From Thermosulfurimonas dismutans (lineage in GTDB: Bacteria > Desulfobacterota > Thermodesulfobacteria > Thermodesulfobacteriales > Thermodesulfobacteriaceae), in the NCBI RefSeq assembly GCF_001652585.1, contig NZ_LWLG01000003.1, positions 1 to 32,000 on the forward strand: a stretch of 32,000 nucleotides of DNA, read 5' to 3'. Position numbers and translations under genes: made by a program. This document shows positions 11,869 to 18,345 of this stretch, piece by piece. Position 1 is the stretch's first letter, and every line of letters starts with the position of its first letter. The notes beneath the pieces are model-generated. The model was not told the DNA's origin. It made no database searches and worked only from the letters and a program-made list of their open reading frames with translations.

Positions 11869-12111
11869 ATGGCTAAAGAAGATCATATTCAGGTGGAAGG
11901 TACGGTAGTCGAGGCATTGCCAAATGCTATGTTCCGGGTGGAGCTTGAGACCGGACACAAAGTTTTGGCCCATGTCTCGGGTAAGATGCGGATGCACTAC
12001 ATAAGGATCCTCCCTGGGGATAAGGTGGTGGTCGAGCTTTCACCTTATGATCTTAGCCGGGGTAGGATCGTTTATCGTGGAACCAAAAAGGATAGGGGAG
12101 GCAAAAAATGA
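11869..12111 (+). CDS. infA: translation initiation factor IF-1
   Basis: 80 aa; [44 protein letters not shown]. Confidence 0.96.
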   Translation: MAKEDHIQVEGTVVEALPNAMFRVELETGHKVLAHVSGKMRMHYIRILPGDKVVVELSPYDLSRGRIVYRGTKKDRGGKK

Positions 12112-12221
12112 AGGTTTCGGCCTCGGTAAAGAAACGTTGCCGCAAGTGTCGGATTATCAGGCGTAAAGGGGTAGTAAGGGTCATTTGCGAGAATCCCCGC
12201 CATAAACAGCGCCAGGGTTAA
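12108..12221 (+). CDS. rpmJ: 50S ribosomal protein L36
   Basis: Not in the track (37 aa). ATG 12108 overlaps the infA stop (ATGA). Translation: [37 protein letters not shown]. Confidence 0.93.
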   Translation: MKVSASVKKRCRKCRIIRRKGVVRVICENPRHKQRQG

Positions 12222-12233
12222 GGAGGTGAGAAG

Positions 12234-12608
12234 GTGGCTCGTATTGCAGGTGTAGATATTCCAGACAACAAGCCTATTGAGATTGCTCTGACCTACATTT
12301 ATGGCATCGGGCGAACTTCGGCTCAGAAGATCCTTACCAAGGCCGAGGTGGATTGGTTTAAAAAGACCAGGGAGCTTTCGGAGGAGGAGCTGGCCCGGAT
12401 CCGTCAGATCTTGGAGAAGGAATACAAGGTTGAGGGTGATCTCAGGCGGGAAGTGAGCCAGAATATTCGGCGTCTTATGGATATTGGATGTTACCGAGGC
12501 CTTCGGCACAAAATGGGGCTTCCGGTGCGGGGTCAGAAAACCCGTTCCAATGCCCGTACTCGTAAGGGTCCGAGACCGTCTTCTCTAAGAGGTCGGAAGA
12601 AAAAGTAA
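12234..12608 (+). CDS. rpsM: 30S ribosomal protein S13
   Basis: 124 aa; GTG start; [25 protein letters not shown]...[18 protein letters not shown]. Confidence 0.96.
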   Translation: MARIAGVDIPDNKPIEIALTYIYGIGRTSAQKILTKAEVDWFKKTRELSEEELARIRQILEKEYKVEGDLRREVSQNIRRLMDIGCYRGLRHKMGLPVRGQKTRSNARTRKGPRPSSLRGRKKK

Positions 12609-12621
12609 GGGGTGAGGCACT

Positions 12622-13008
12622 ATGGCACGCAGAGTTCGGAGAAAGAAGAAAGTTAAAAAGAATGTTCCTGAAGGCATCGCCCACATTCATGCTACTTTCA
12701 ATAACACCATCGTGACTATTACGGATCGTCAGGGGAACACTATTGCATGGGCCAGCGGAGGCACGGAGGGCTTCAAGGGAACGCGTAAGGGAACGCCTTA
12801 TGCCGCTCAGCTGGCAGCCCAATCGGCGGCCAAGCGGGCCATGGAACACGGGATGAAGAAGGTTTGGGTTTACATCAAGGGCCCGGGGCCTGGTCGCGAG
12901 GCGGCCCTAAGGGCTTTGCAGGCGGCGGGACTTAAGATCACCTTTATTCGGGACGTCACGCCCATTCCGCATGACGGTTGTCGTCCGCCTAAGAGACGGC
13001 GGGTGTAA
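12622..13008 (+). CDS. rpsK: 30S ribosomal protein S11
   Basis: 128 aa; [22 protein letters not shown]...[18 protein letters not shown]. Confidence 0.96.
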   Translation: MARRVRRKKKVKKNVPEGIAHIHATFNNTIVTITDRQGNTIAWASGGTEGFKGTRKGTPYAAQLAAQSAAKRAMEHGMKKVWVYIKGPGPGREAALRALQAAGLKITFIRDVTPIPHDGCRPPKRRRV

Positions 13009-13030
13009 AATTTCTTAAGGGGGGATAGCC

Positions 13031-13663
13031 TTGGCAAGGTATACTGGACCTAGATGTCGTCTCTGTCGTCGAGAGGGGATGAAGCTTTTCCTTAAGGGAG
13101 AGCGGTGTTACACCGATAAGTGCGCTTTTGAACGGCGTAGTTATCCTCCGGGACAGCATGGCCAGATGCAGCTTCGAGTTAAGCTTTCGGACTATGGAAT
13201 TCGTCTAAGGGAAAAGCAGAAGGTCAAAAGGATTTACGGAGTTTCGGAGAAACAGTTCCGTCGTTATTTCGAGAAGGCCACCCGGATGAAGGGCCAGGCC
13301 GGTCACAACCTTCTTCAGCTCCTGGAAAGAAGGCTCGATAATGTGGTGTATCGTCTAGGTTTTGCGGCCTCGCGGGCTCAGGCCCGGCAGATGGTGGCTC
13401 ACGGCTGGTTTACGGTAAACGGCAGAACCGTGGATATTCCTTCTTATATCGTGGATCCAGGGGAAGTCATTGAGCTCAAAGAGAAGTATCGTAACAATAC
13501 GTATATTCAGGAAAACCTGGAGGCTGTGGTAAGGCGAGGAGTGCCTCAGTGGCTTGAGCTTGAGGCTGAAAATTTCCGTGGAAGGGTCAAGGCCCTGCCC
13601 ACCAGAGAAGATATTACCATGCCCATTCAGGAAAGCCTGATCGTGGAGTTCTACTCCCGCTAA
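13031..13663 (+). CDS. rpsD: 30S ribosomal protein S4
   Basis: 210 aa; TTG start; [30 protein letters not shown]; S4 RNA-binding domain. Confidence 0.96.
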   Translation: MARYTGPRCRLCRREGMKLFLKGERCYTDKCAFERRSYPPGQHGQMQLRVKLSDYGIRLREKQKVKRIYGVSEKQFRRYFEKATRMKGQAGHNLLQLLERRLDNVVYRLGFAASRAQARQMVAHGWFTVNGRTVDIPSYIVDPGEVIELKEKYRNNTYIQENLEAVVRRGVPQWLELEAENFRGRVKALPTREDITMPIQESLIVEFYSR

Positions 13664-13684
13664 AAAAAGACCGGGGTGGAGGAT

Positions 13685-14686
13685 ATGAGTGTTTTAAGGG
13701 AAAAAATAGGTAACACCAATTTGATCCGACCGGAAGGAGTTAAGAGTCACAAGGATTCTCGTCCCCCTTACTACGGGAAGTTTATTATCGAACCTCTGGA
13801 AAGGGGGTTTGGGGTGACTATTGGAAACGCCCTGAGGAGGATTTTACTCTCCTCCATTCCCGGGGCGGCTATTACGGCCGTACGCATTGAAGGGGCTCCT
13901 CATGAATTTACCAGTTTGCCTGGTGTCATTGAGGATGTGACGGATATTGTTTTGAATCTCAAAGGGGTGCGTTTTCGCCTTGACGGAGAGGGTCCGTATC
14001 TCTTTAAGCTAGAGAAGAAGGGCGAATCGGAAGTGAAAGCCGGGGATATAGAGACCGATGGACAAGGGGAAGTGGTTAATCCTGACCATCACATCGCTAC
14101 CCTTACCAAAGACGGAGTTCTTTCTATGGAACTCCAGGTAGAACGAGGAAGAGGTTACATTCCTGCGGAATTTTCTCGTGAAGGGAATGAAATCGGAATT
14201 ATTCCGGTGGATGCCATCTTTTCTCCTATTACTAGGGTGAATTTTACGGTTACCCAGGCTCGAGTGGGCAAAAGCAGTGATTTTGACCGTTTAGTCCTGG
14301 AGATCTGGACGGATGGTTCCATAGAACCTGAGGAGGCCTTGCGACAGGCGGCAGGTATTCTTAGAGAACAGCTTTTGGTCTTTGGAGGGGAAGAAGTTGA
14401 AGTTCAAGCCCTTCCTCCTCAGAAGGAAGAGTCCAAAGCCAATTTGGCTGAACTTTTGAACAAGCCTTTGGAGGAGCTTGAGATTTCATCTCGCTCCATC
14501 AATTGTTTGCGCAATGCCGGTATAAAATATGTGGGCGATTTGGTAACTCGCACGGAAACCGAAATGCTTCGGATCAAAAATTTTGGTCGGAAGTCCCTTG
14601 AAGAGATAAAAGATCGTTTGAACGAGATGGGTCTGAGCTTAGGAATGGACATAGAATGGCAACCGCCTGAAGAAAAAGGAGCTTAA
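13685..14686 (+). CDS. rpoA: DNA-directed RNA polymerase subunit alpha
   Basis: FIIEPLERGFGVTIGNALRRILLSSIPGAA; C-terminal domain LEISSRSINCLRNAGIKYVGDL. I prefer ATG 13685 (GGTGGAGGA just upstream) over the track's GTG 13676; both are in frame. Confidence 0.93.
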   Translation: MSVLREKIGNTNLIRPEGVKSHKDSRPPYYGKFIIEPLERGFGVTIGNALRRILLSSIPGAAITAVRIEGAPHEFTSLPGVIEDVTDIVLNLKGVRFRLDGEGPYLFKLEKKGESEVKAGDIETDGQGEVVNPDHHIATLTKDGVLSMELQVERGRGYIPAEFSREGNEIGIIPVDAIFSPITRVNFTVTQARVGKSSDFDRLVLEIWTDGSIEPEEALRQAAGILREQLLVFGGEEVEVQALPPQKEESKANLAELLNKPLEELEISSRSINCLRNAGIKYVGDLVTRTETEMLRIKNFGRKSLEEIKDRLNEMGLSLGMDIEWQPPEEKGA

Positions 14687-14698
14687 AGGGGTGAGGCC

Positions 14699-15334
14699 AT
14701 GAGACATCGCAAGTTGAGTCGTAGGCTAGTGACTAAGTGGGAACACCGAATTTCCATGATGCGTAACCAGGTTACGGACCTTTTACGTTATGGCAGGATT
14801 ACCACTACTCTGGCCAAGGCCAAGGAGCTACGCCGGGTGGCGGATAGAATGATCACCCTGGCCAAGCGCGGAGATCTGGCCTCCCGGCGCCGGGCGCTGG
14901 CGGTTATCCGGGACAAGGCCGTGGTGCGTAAGCTTTTTACGGAACTTCGTGAGAAGTACATGGATCGTCCGGGGGGCTACACCCGAATTATCAAGATTGG
15001 ACCCCGCCGTGGGGATGCGGCCATGATGGCCATTGTGGAGCTGGTGGAGGAAAAGCTCCAGCACAAGCGTTCCAAGAAGAAGATCGAGGCTGAAAAGAAG
15101 GCCGAAAAAGAGATTCGCGAGGCTTTAAAGAAAGAGGAGCCGAAACCTGCGGAGGAAACCCAACCTGCCGAGGAGGCGTCCGGGAGCCAGGAAGCGGCCC
15201 CGGCTGAAACCTCCGAGGCCGAAACTGCGGCTCCGGAAAAGACTCAGGACGAGGCCCAGGCTTCTACCTCTTCCGAGTCCGAAGAGGGCTCCGAACCCTC
15301 CGCCGAAACTTCCTCCAAGGAAGCCAAGTCCTAA
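14699..15334 (+). CDS. rplQ: 50S ribosomal protein L17 with long acidic C-terminal extension
   Basis: The N-terminal ~120 aa is canonical ([10 protein letters not shown]...[24 protein letters not shown]). It is followed by a ~90-aa K/E-rich then E/A/S/T/P-rich low-complexity tail. Confidence 0.94.
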   Translation: MRHRKLSRRLVTKWEHRISMMRNQVTDLLRYGRITTTLAKAKELRRVADRMITLAKRGDLASRRRALAVIRDKAVVRKLFTELREKYMDRPGGYTRIIKIGPRRGDAAMMAIVELVEEKLQHKRSKKKIEAEKKAEKEIREALKKEEPKPAEETQPAEEASGSQEAAPAETSEAETAAPEKTQDEAQASTSSESEEGSEPSAETSSKEAKS

Positions 15335-15353
15335 ATTTCGGACTTATCACCCA

Positions 15354-15381
15354 GGGCCCGGAAACTTCCCGGGCCCTTTTC
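15354..15381 (+). terminator. Rho-independent terminator after rplQ
   Basis: Perfect 8-bp GC stem GGGCCCGG / CCGGGCCC with a 7-nt loop (AAACTTC), followed by TTTTCTATT. Starts 20 nt after the rplQ stop. Confidence 0.8.
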
Positions 15382-15392
15382 TATTAGTTTTT

Positions 15393-15453
15393 TCCTGACG
15401 CTAAAACTCAGCGTCCGGCGATCATGCCGGTCGGCTGAAATGGATTGTTAAGA
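15393..15453 (-). repeat. attC-like site (terminal, cassette E)
   Basis: Minus-strand read: TCTTAAC...inner arms (CAGCCGACCGGCATGATCGCCGGACGCTGAG)...GTCAGGA. It shares the CTGAA-N-ATTGTTA and ACG-N-AAACTCAGCG blocks with the other copies. Confidence 0.7.
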
Positions 15454-15456
15454 ATT

Positions 15457-15711
15457 TTAATATACTTCCCTTCGATGACCTACTTTTAGGATATAAATCT
15501 CCTTCTTTTTCCAGTCTACATTAAAAAGGACTCTGTAATTCCCTATTCTCAACCTGTAATCTGCTAAAGGATGAGTTTTTAAATGTTTTATTTGTGAAAT
15601 GTTTGGAAAATTTGCTAACTCTTCTATTCCTTGCTTAATTTTTTTCAAGTTCTTCCGATCAATTTTCTTCAAATCTTTAAATACGCTTTTGGCATAAATT
15701 ATTTTAAACAT
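15457..15711 (-). CDS. RelE/ParE-family type II toxin
   Basis: 84 aa; FKDLKKIDRKNLKKIKQGIEEL...YRLRIGNYRVLFNVDWKKKEIYILKVGHRREVY, the classic RelE/ParE C-terminal pattern. Overlaps the upstream small ORF by 8 nt. Confidence 0.85.
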   Translation of the reverse strand: MFKIIYAKSVFKDLKKIDRKNLKKIKQGIEELANFPNISQIKHLKTHPLADYRLRIGNYRVLFNVDWKKKEIYILKVGHRREVY

Positions 15712-15892
15712 TTAATTTTTTCCAAATTTCTTCATGAGTAAAAACCTCTCCATTTTCGATCTCTTTTTTTCTTTCTTCAATTTCTCTTTTAAGCTTTTGG
15801 TATTTTTCTTGCTTTAAAAGAATTTTGGCAAAATATATAATCTTTTCTTTATCTTCAGGATCAAGTTTGTTTAAGATATCCAATTTTTCCAT
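15704..15892 (-). CDS. putative antitoxin (by position, upstream of the RelE/ParE toxin)
   Basis: 62 aa, helical and charged. Translationally coupled to the toxin. GGAG Shine-Dalgarno upstream (AAGTTGGAGAAATATTATG). No family recognised by eye. Confidence 0.6.
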   Translation of the reverse strand: MEKLDILNKLDPEDKEKIIYFAKILLKQEKYQKLKREIEERKKEIENGEVFTHEEIWKKLNV

Positions 15893-15965
15893 AATATTTC
15901 TCCAACTTGCTTAAATCTTTATCTTGCGAAGTAGGACTTATTTTCTTTTTATCTCGGATCGTTCC

Positions 15966-16084
15966 ATTTGTGAAGTATACTCCTTAGCGGTCTATGCGGT
16001 CTTGTTGGGCTGGTAGGCCGGTCAAATATTTGAAAGCGTTTGCGGCTGGGGTTTTGCCAGGTTCGCTGAAGAGGTTTGTTATTA
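15966..16084 (-). repeat. degenerate attC-like site (cassette D / E boundary)
   Basis: Minus-strand read: TAATAAC-AAACCTCTTCAGCGAACC...GACCGCTAAGGAG-TATACTT-CACAAAT. The R''-side block CGCTGAAG-N-TTTGTTA matches the other copies and the inner arms CTCTTCAGCG / CGCTAAGGAG pair. The GTTRRRY box is lost. Confidence 0.45.
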
Positions 16085-16195
16085 CTGGAAGCATCTTTTG
16101 CTAGACACCAGAACCCTATGAATATCAAGGGTTTTGAGGTCTATAAAATGTCTACTCTTTGATGACCCCATTAATATTATTACCGTAACTTTCAT
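16082..16195 (-). CDS. hypothetical micro-ORF (37 aa) in a short cassette
   Basis: My translation: MKVTVIILMGSSKSRHFIDLKTLDIHRVLVSSKRCFQ. Strong Shine-Dalgarno (GAGGTGG, 4 nt before the ATG). The stop TAA lies inside the TAATAAC box, as in the other cassettes. No family recognised. Confidence 0.3.
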   Translation of the reverse strand: MKVTVIILMGSSKSRHFIDLKTLDIHRVLVSSKRCFQ

Positions 16196-16274
16196 GTTCC
16201 CACCTCGAATTTATGTTTTCTCTAACTTAGCTCTTTGTTTTGTATGACGAGAAAATTTTATTTTCATTATTATT

Positions 16275-16346
16275 TTCTAACGTCATGGGTCACTTGCCGC
16301 CAAGGAGCGCAGCGGATTGGCGGTCAAGTGCACCCAATTGTTAGCA
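16275..16346 (-). repeat. attC-like site (cassette C / D boundary)
   Basis: Minus-strand read: TGCTAAC-AATTGGGTGCACTTGACCGCCAATCCGCTGCGCTCCTTGGCGGCAAGTGACCCATGAC-GTTAGAA. Arms TTGACCGCCAA / TTGGCGGCAAG pair. Confidence 0.8.
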
Positions 16347-16348
16347 TT

Positions 16349-17215
16349 TTATTTTAATTCAATGAAAGCTTCTTCATTGTCTGTAAATAATTCTGCAATA
16401 TTATTATGATAAGTAGCTAGCCACGAATATTTGGACTTGATTTTATCGTTTTCTGTAGCATTATATGCATTTCTAATATTATTACCATGTTTTTTTAGCC
16501 AGTAGTCAATATTGTATTGATAACCTTCATTAATAATGCGTTGTCTTTCTTCTTTATTAGCATTATTATAGCGTTCAACTTGTTCTTTGGAATAACGCCA
16601 ATCCAAACCTTCAAGACATATGGTCATATAGTCCAAAAAAATAATTTCTTTATTATCAACTATTCCCTTTCTGAATATACTTAATGGATCTACTTCTGGA
16701 GCATACCATTTCCTATGTGGATGATTCGAGAAATATTCAAACACATCATTAGTTATTGCAATCACCGGCACACTAATGGATTGTTCTAAATGATATGCTT
16801 GCAATAAACTTTTACTAATTATAATATCTTGATCGCTATACCACCATCCGATATCAATTCCTCCCCTTAGAAAAATCGAGTCAAGTACACATGCAGCTTG
16901 AGAATAAGCAAGGCTAAGGAATTCCGACATAAGTGGATCAAAATCGCCTTCACTCTGGGTAGCCTTTGACTTGAGAGGAATATGTATGACCAAACAATCA
17001 GAAAAAGCTAATACTTTTTTGTTATATAATTTGTTTATGTGAGAAATAATTTTTTCTGTTGGTTTATAATAAAATTGTTTTTGAACGTGCCATAATTCTT
17101 TATAAATAGATTGTATCTCTGTAACAGTTTCAATCTTTGCAATCCTATTTCCAAATCCTAAAATATCAATAAATACGGTAATCCCAATGGATATATCTTC
17201 TGGTTTTATCATCAT
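16349..17215 (-). CDS. hypothetical protein with class-III nucleotidyl-cyclase-like motifs (integron cassette C)
   Basis: 288 aa. GITVFIDILGFGN (cf. F-x-D-I-x-G-F-T), VLAFSDCLVI (second acidic strand), FLRGGIDIGW (cf. R-I-G-I-H-x-G). The ~120-aa C-terminal region is unassigned. The ORF call is solid; the function is motif-level only. Confidence 0.8.
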   Translation of the reverse strand: MMIKPEDISIGITVFIDILGFGNRIAKIETVTEIQSIYKELWHVQKQFYYKPTEKIISHINKLYNKKVLAFSDCLVIHIPLKSKATQSEGDFDPLMSEFLSLAYSQAACVLDSIFLRGGIDIGWWYSDQDIIISKSLLQAYHLEQSISVPVIAITNDVFEYFSNHPHRKWYAPEVDPLSIFRKGIVDNKEIIFLDYMTICLEGLDWRYSKEQVERYNNANKEERQRIINEGYQYNIDYWLKKHGNNIRNAYNATENDKIKSKYSWLATYHNNIAELFTDNEEAFIELK

Positions 17216-17221
17216 TTCTTA

Positions 17222-17283
17222 TGCTAACGTCCAAACTCAACGGCTCGGCGTATAGCCGGATCCGCTGAAGCGAATTGTTAGGT
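17222..17283 (-). repeat. attC-like site (cassette B / C boundary)
   Basis: Minus-strand read: ACCTAAC-AATTCGCTTCAGCGGATCCGGCTATACGCCGAGCCGTTGAGTTTGGAC-GTTAGCA. The arms pair imperfectly, leaving unpaired bases. The LemA stop TAA is inside ACCTAAC. Confidence 0.85.
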
Positions 17284-17943
17284 TTCTTGTTTTTCTCTTT
17301 GCGATACACTCTCTAAAGCTTTTTCAACCTTAGCCGAAGCTTTTTCAGCTGCTTCTAAAACTTTTGAAGATGTGGTTTTTATAAGAGCCTTCAACATTTC
17401 TCCATCATCTGTACGAAATTCTTTTAAAGCTTCCACTGCATCTATTTCAATAGAAAAATATGGAGCTTCTTTAAATCCTAGTGTATGAGCTATAAAGACT
17501 GTTGGAATACTATTTCTAGTTGTATTGTATTCTCTAGCTACTGCATTATATTCTTCTCTCTTTTTCTGTAAATCATTTTCCACATTTTCTAGTTGTTTCA
17601 TTAACATTTGATATGTTTCGTTCGCCTTAAGCTCAGGAAAGTTTCTCATAATATTATTTAATTGCCCCAAAATTTTATCAGCTTTTTGGTAGGATGTCAT
17701 TATTTCTGTAATATTAGCTTCTTTTGATATTGTTATATATGTAAGCTTTTCGTGTGACCCATAAGCAGAAGCTATATCAATCAACTTATTTATTAGATCT
17801 AACCTCTTTTTCATTGCCACTAAAATATTTGAATGTGCTTCTTTTACTAAATGAGCTTTTCTCTGTAATGAGTTATACTGAATCCCCAAAAAAAACATTG
17901 TTCCTATTAAAATCAAGAAAACAAAAGACAATATATCAAGCAT
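17278..17943 (-). CDS. lemA: LemA family protein
   Basis: 221 aa. N-terminal TM helix, then YNSLQRKAHLVKEAHSNILVAMKKRLDLINKLID and FPELKANETYQMLMKQLENVENDL...YNAVAREYNTTRNSIPTVFIAHTLGFKEAPYF, the LemA signature blocks. Confidence 0.9.
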   Translation of the reverse strand: MLDILSFVFLILIGTMFFLGIQYNSLQRKAHLVKEAHSNILVAMKKRLDLINKLIDIASAYGSHEKLTYITISKEANITEIMTSYQKADKILGQLNNIMRNFPELKANETYQMLMKQLENVENDLQKKREEYNAVAREYNTTRNSIPTVFIAHTLGFKEAPYFSIEIDAVEALKEFRTDDGEMLKALIKTTSSKVLEAAEKASAKVEKALESVSQREKQET

Positions 17944-17961
17944 TTTAGGCCTCCATAACTT

Positions 17962-18285
17962 TTATTCATTTTTAGGTAATATAATTCCCATTTTTGCTTC
18001 AGCTATCTTAAAATTCGTGCCACTAATATCAACAGCCTTAAATCTTTTTTTAATTAATTCTTTAATATATAATTTATTATAAATAAAAGGAAACACAAAC
18101 CATGATAATCCGCCAGTGATAATAGCTAACAAAAAACTAATAATTGCCCACTTCCAATCACCTCTAAAAAGAGGGACAAAAACTTCAAAAAATAACATAG
18201 TCCATGAAAATCCTATTGGCGCCTCTTTTATTTCTTTGGTAACTGGATGTTGAAAAATAATTTTTCCGTAAGCCATAATCCACAT
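17962..18285 (-). CDS. small two-TM membrane protein (DUF2628-like)
   Basis: 107 aa. GFSWTMLFFEVFVPLFRGDWKWAIISFLLAIITGG resembles the GF-x-W-x-AFFF...W motif of DUF2628-type proteins. Lies 18 nt upstream of lemA in the same cassette. An alternative start is ATG 18276. Confidence 0.75.
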   Translation of the reverse strand: MWIMAYGKIIFQHPVTKEIKEAPIGFSWTMLFFEVFVPLFRGDWKWAIISFLLAIITGGLSWFVFPFIYNKLYIKELIKKRFKAVDISGTNFKIAEAKMGIILPKNE

Positions 18286-18345
18286 CCTAACGCCAAACCT
18301 CAGCGGCCCACTGTAAAGCGGGTCCGCTTAAGAGATTTGTTAGGT
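18285..18345 (-). repeat. attC-like site (cassette A / B boundary)
   Basis: Minus-strand read: ACCTAAC-AAATCTCTTAAGCGGACCCGCTTTACAGTGGGCCGCTGAGGTTTGGC-GTTAGGA. The stop codon of the 366-aa ORF is inside ACCTAAC. The next ORF's ATG abuts GTTAGGA. Confidence 0.85.

Noticed and set aside
5398-12221. Zinc-ribbon (Cys-containing) forms of L24, S14 (type Z), L36, S4 and the adenylate kinase lid as something unusual.
   Set aside because: To my knowledge the Cys-plus forms of these proteins are common in many anaerobes and thermophiles. They are ordinary lineage features, not evidence of a new function.
67-15064. Numerous antisense or out-of-frame track ORFs inside the ribosomal operon (e.g. 67-327 -, 1091-1561 -, 2175-2666 -, 3375-3950 -, 5747-6175 -, 8421-9059 -, 10439-11002 -, 12072-12509 -).
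   Set aside because: Each lies wholly within, and opposite or out of frame to, a confidently identified conserved gene. They have Pro/Arg/Ser-rich shadow-ORF composition and no Shine-Dalgarno sequence.
16220-16226. An extra GTTAGAG core-like heptamer (minus strand) inside the short cassette.
   Set aside because: It is an isolated 7-mer with no adjacent palindromic arms. This is expected by chance in AT-rich DNA.
15393-18345. Whether the repeated GC-rich elements form a CRISPR array.
   Set aside because: The repeats are 0.3-1.1 kb apart with protein-coding cargo between them. They are imperfect internal palindromes of unequal length (about 60-120 bp) with conserved ends only. That is attC-like, not CRISPR-like.
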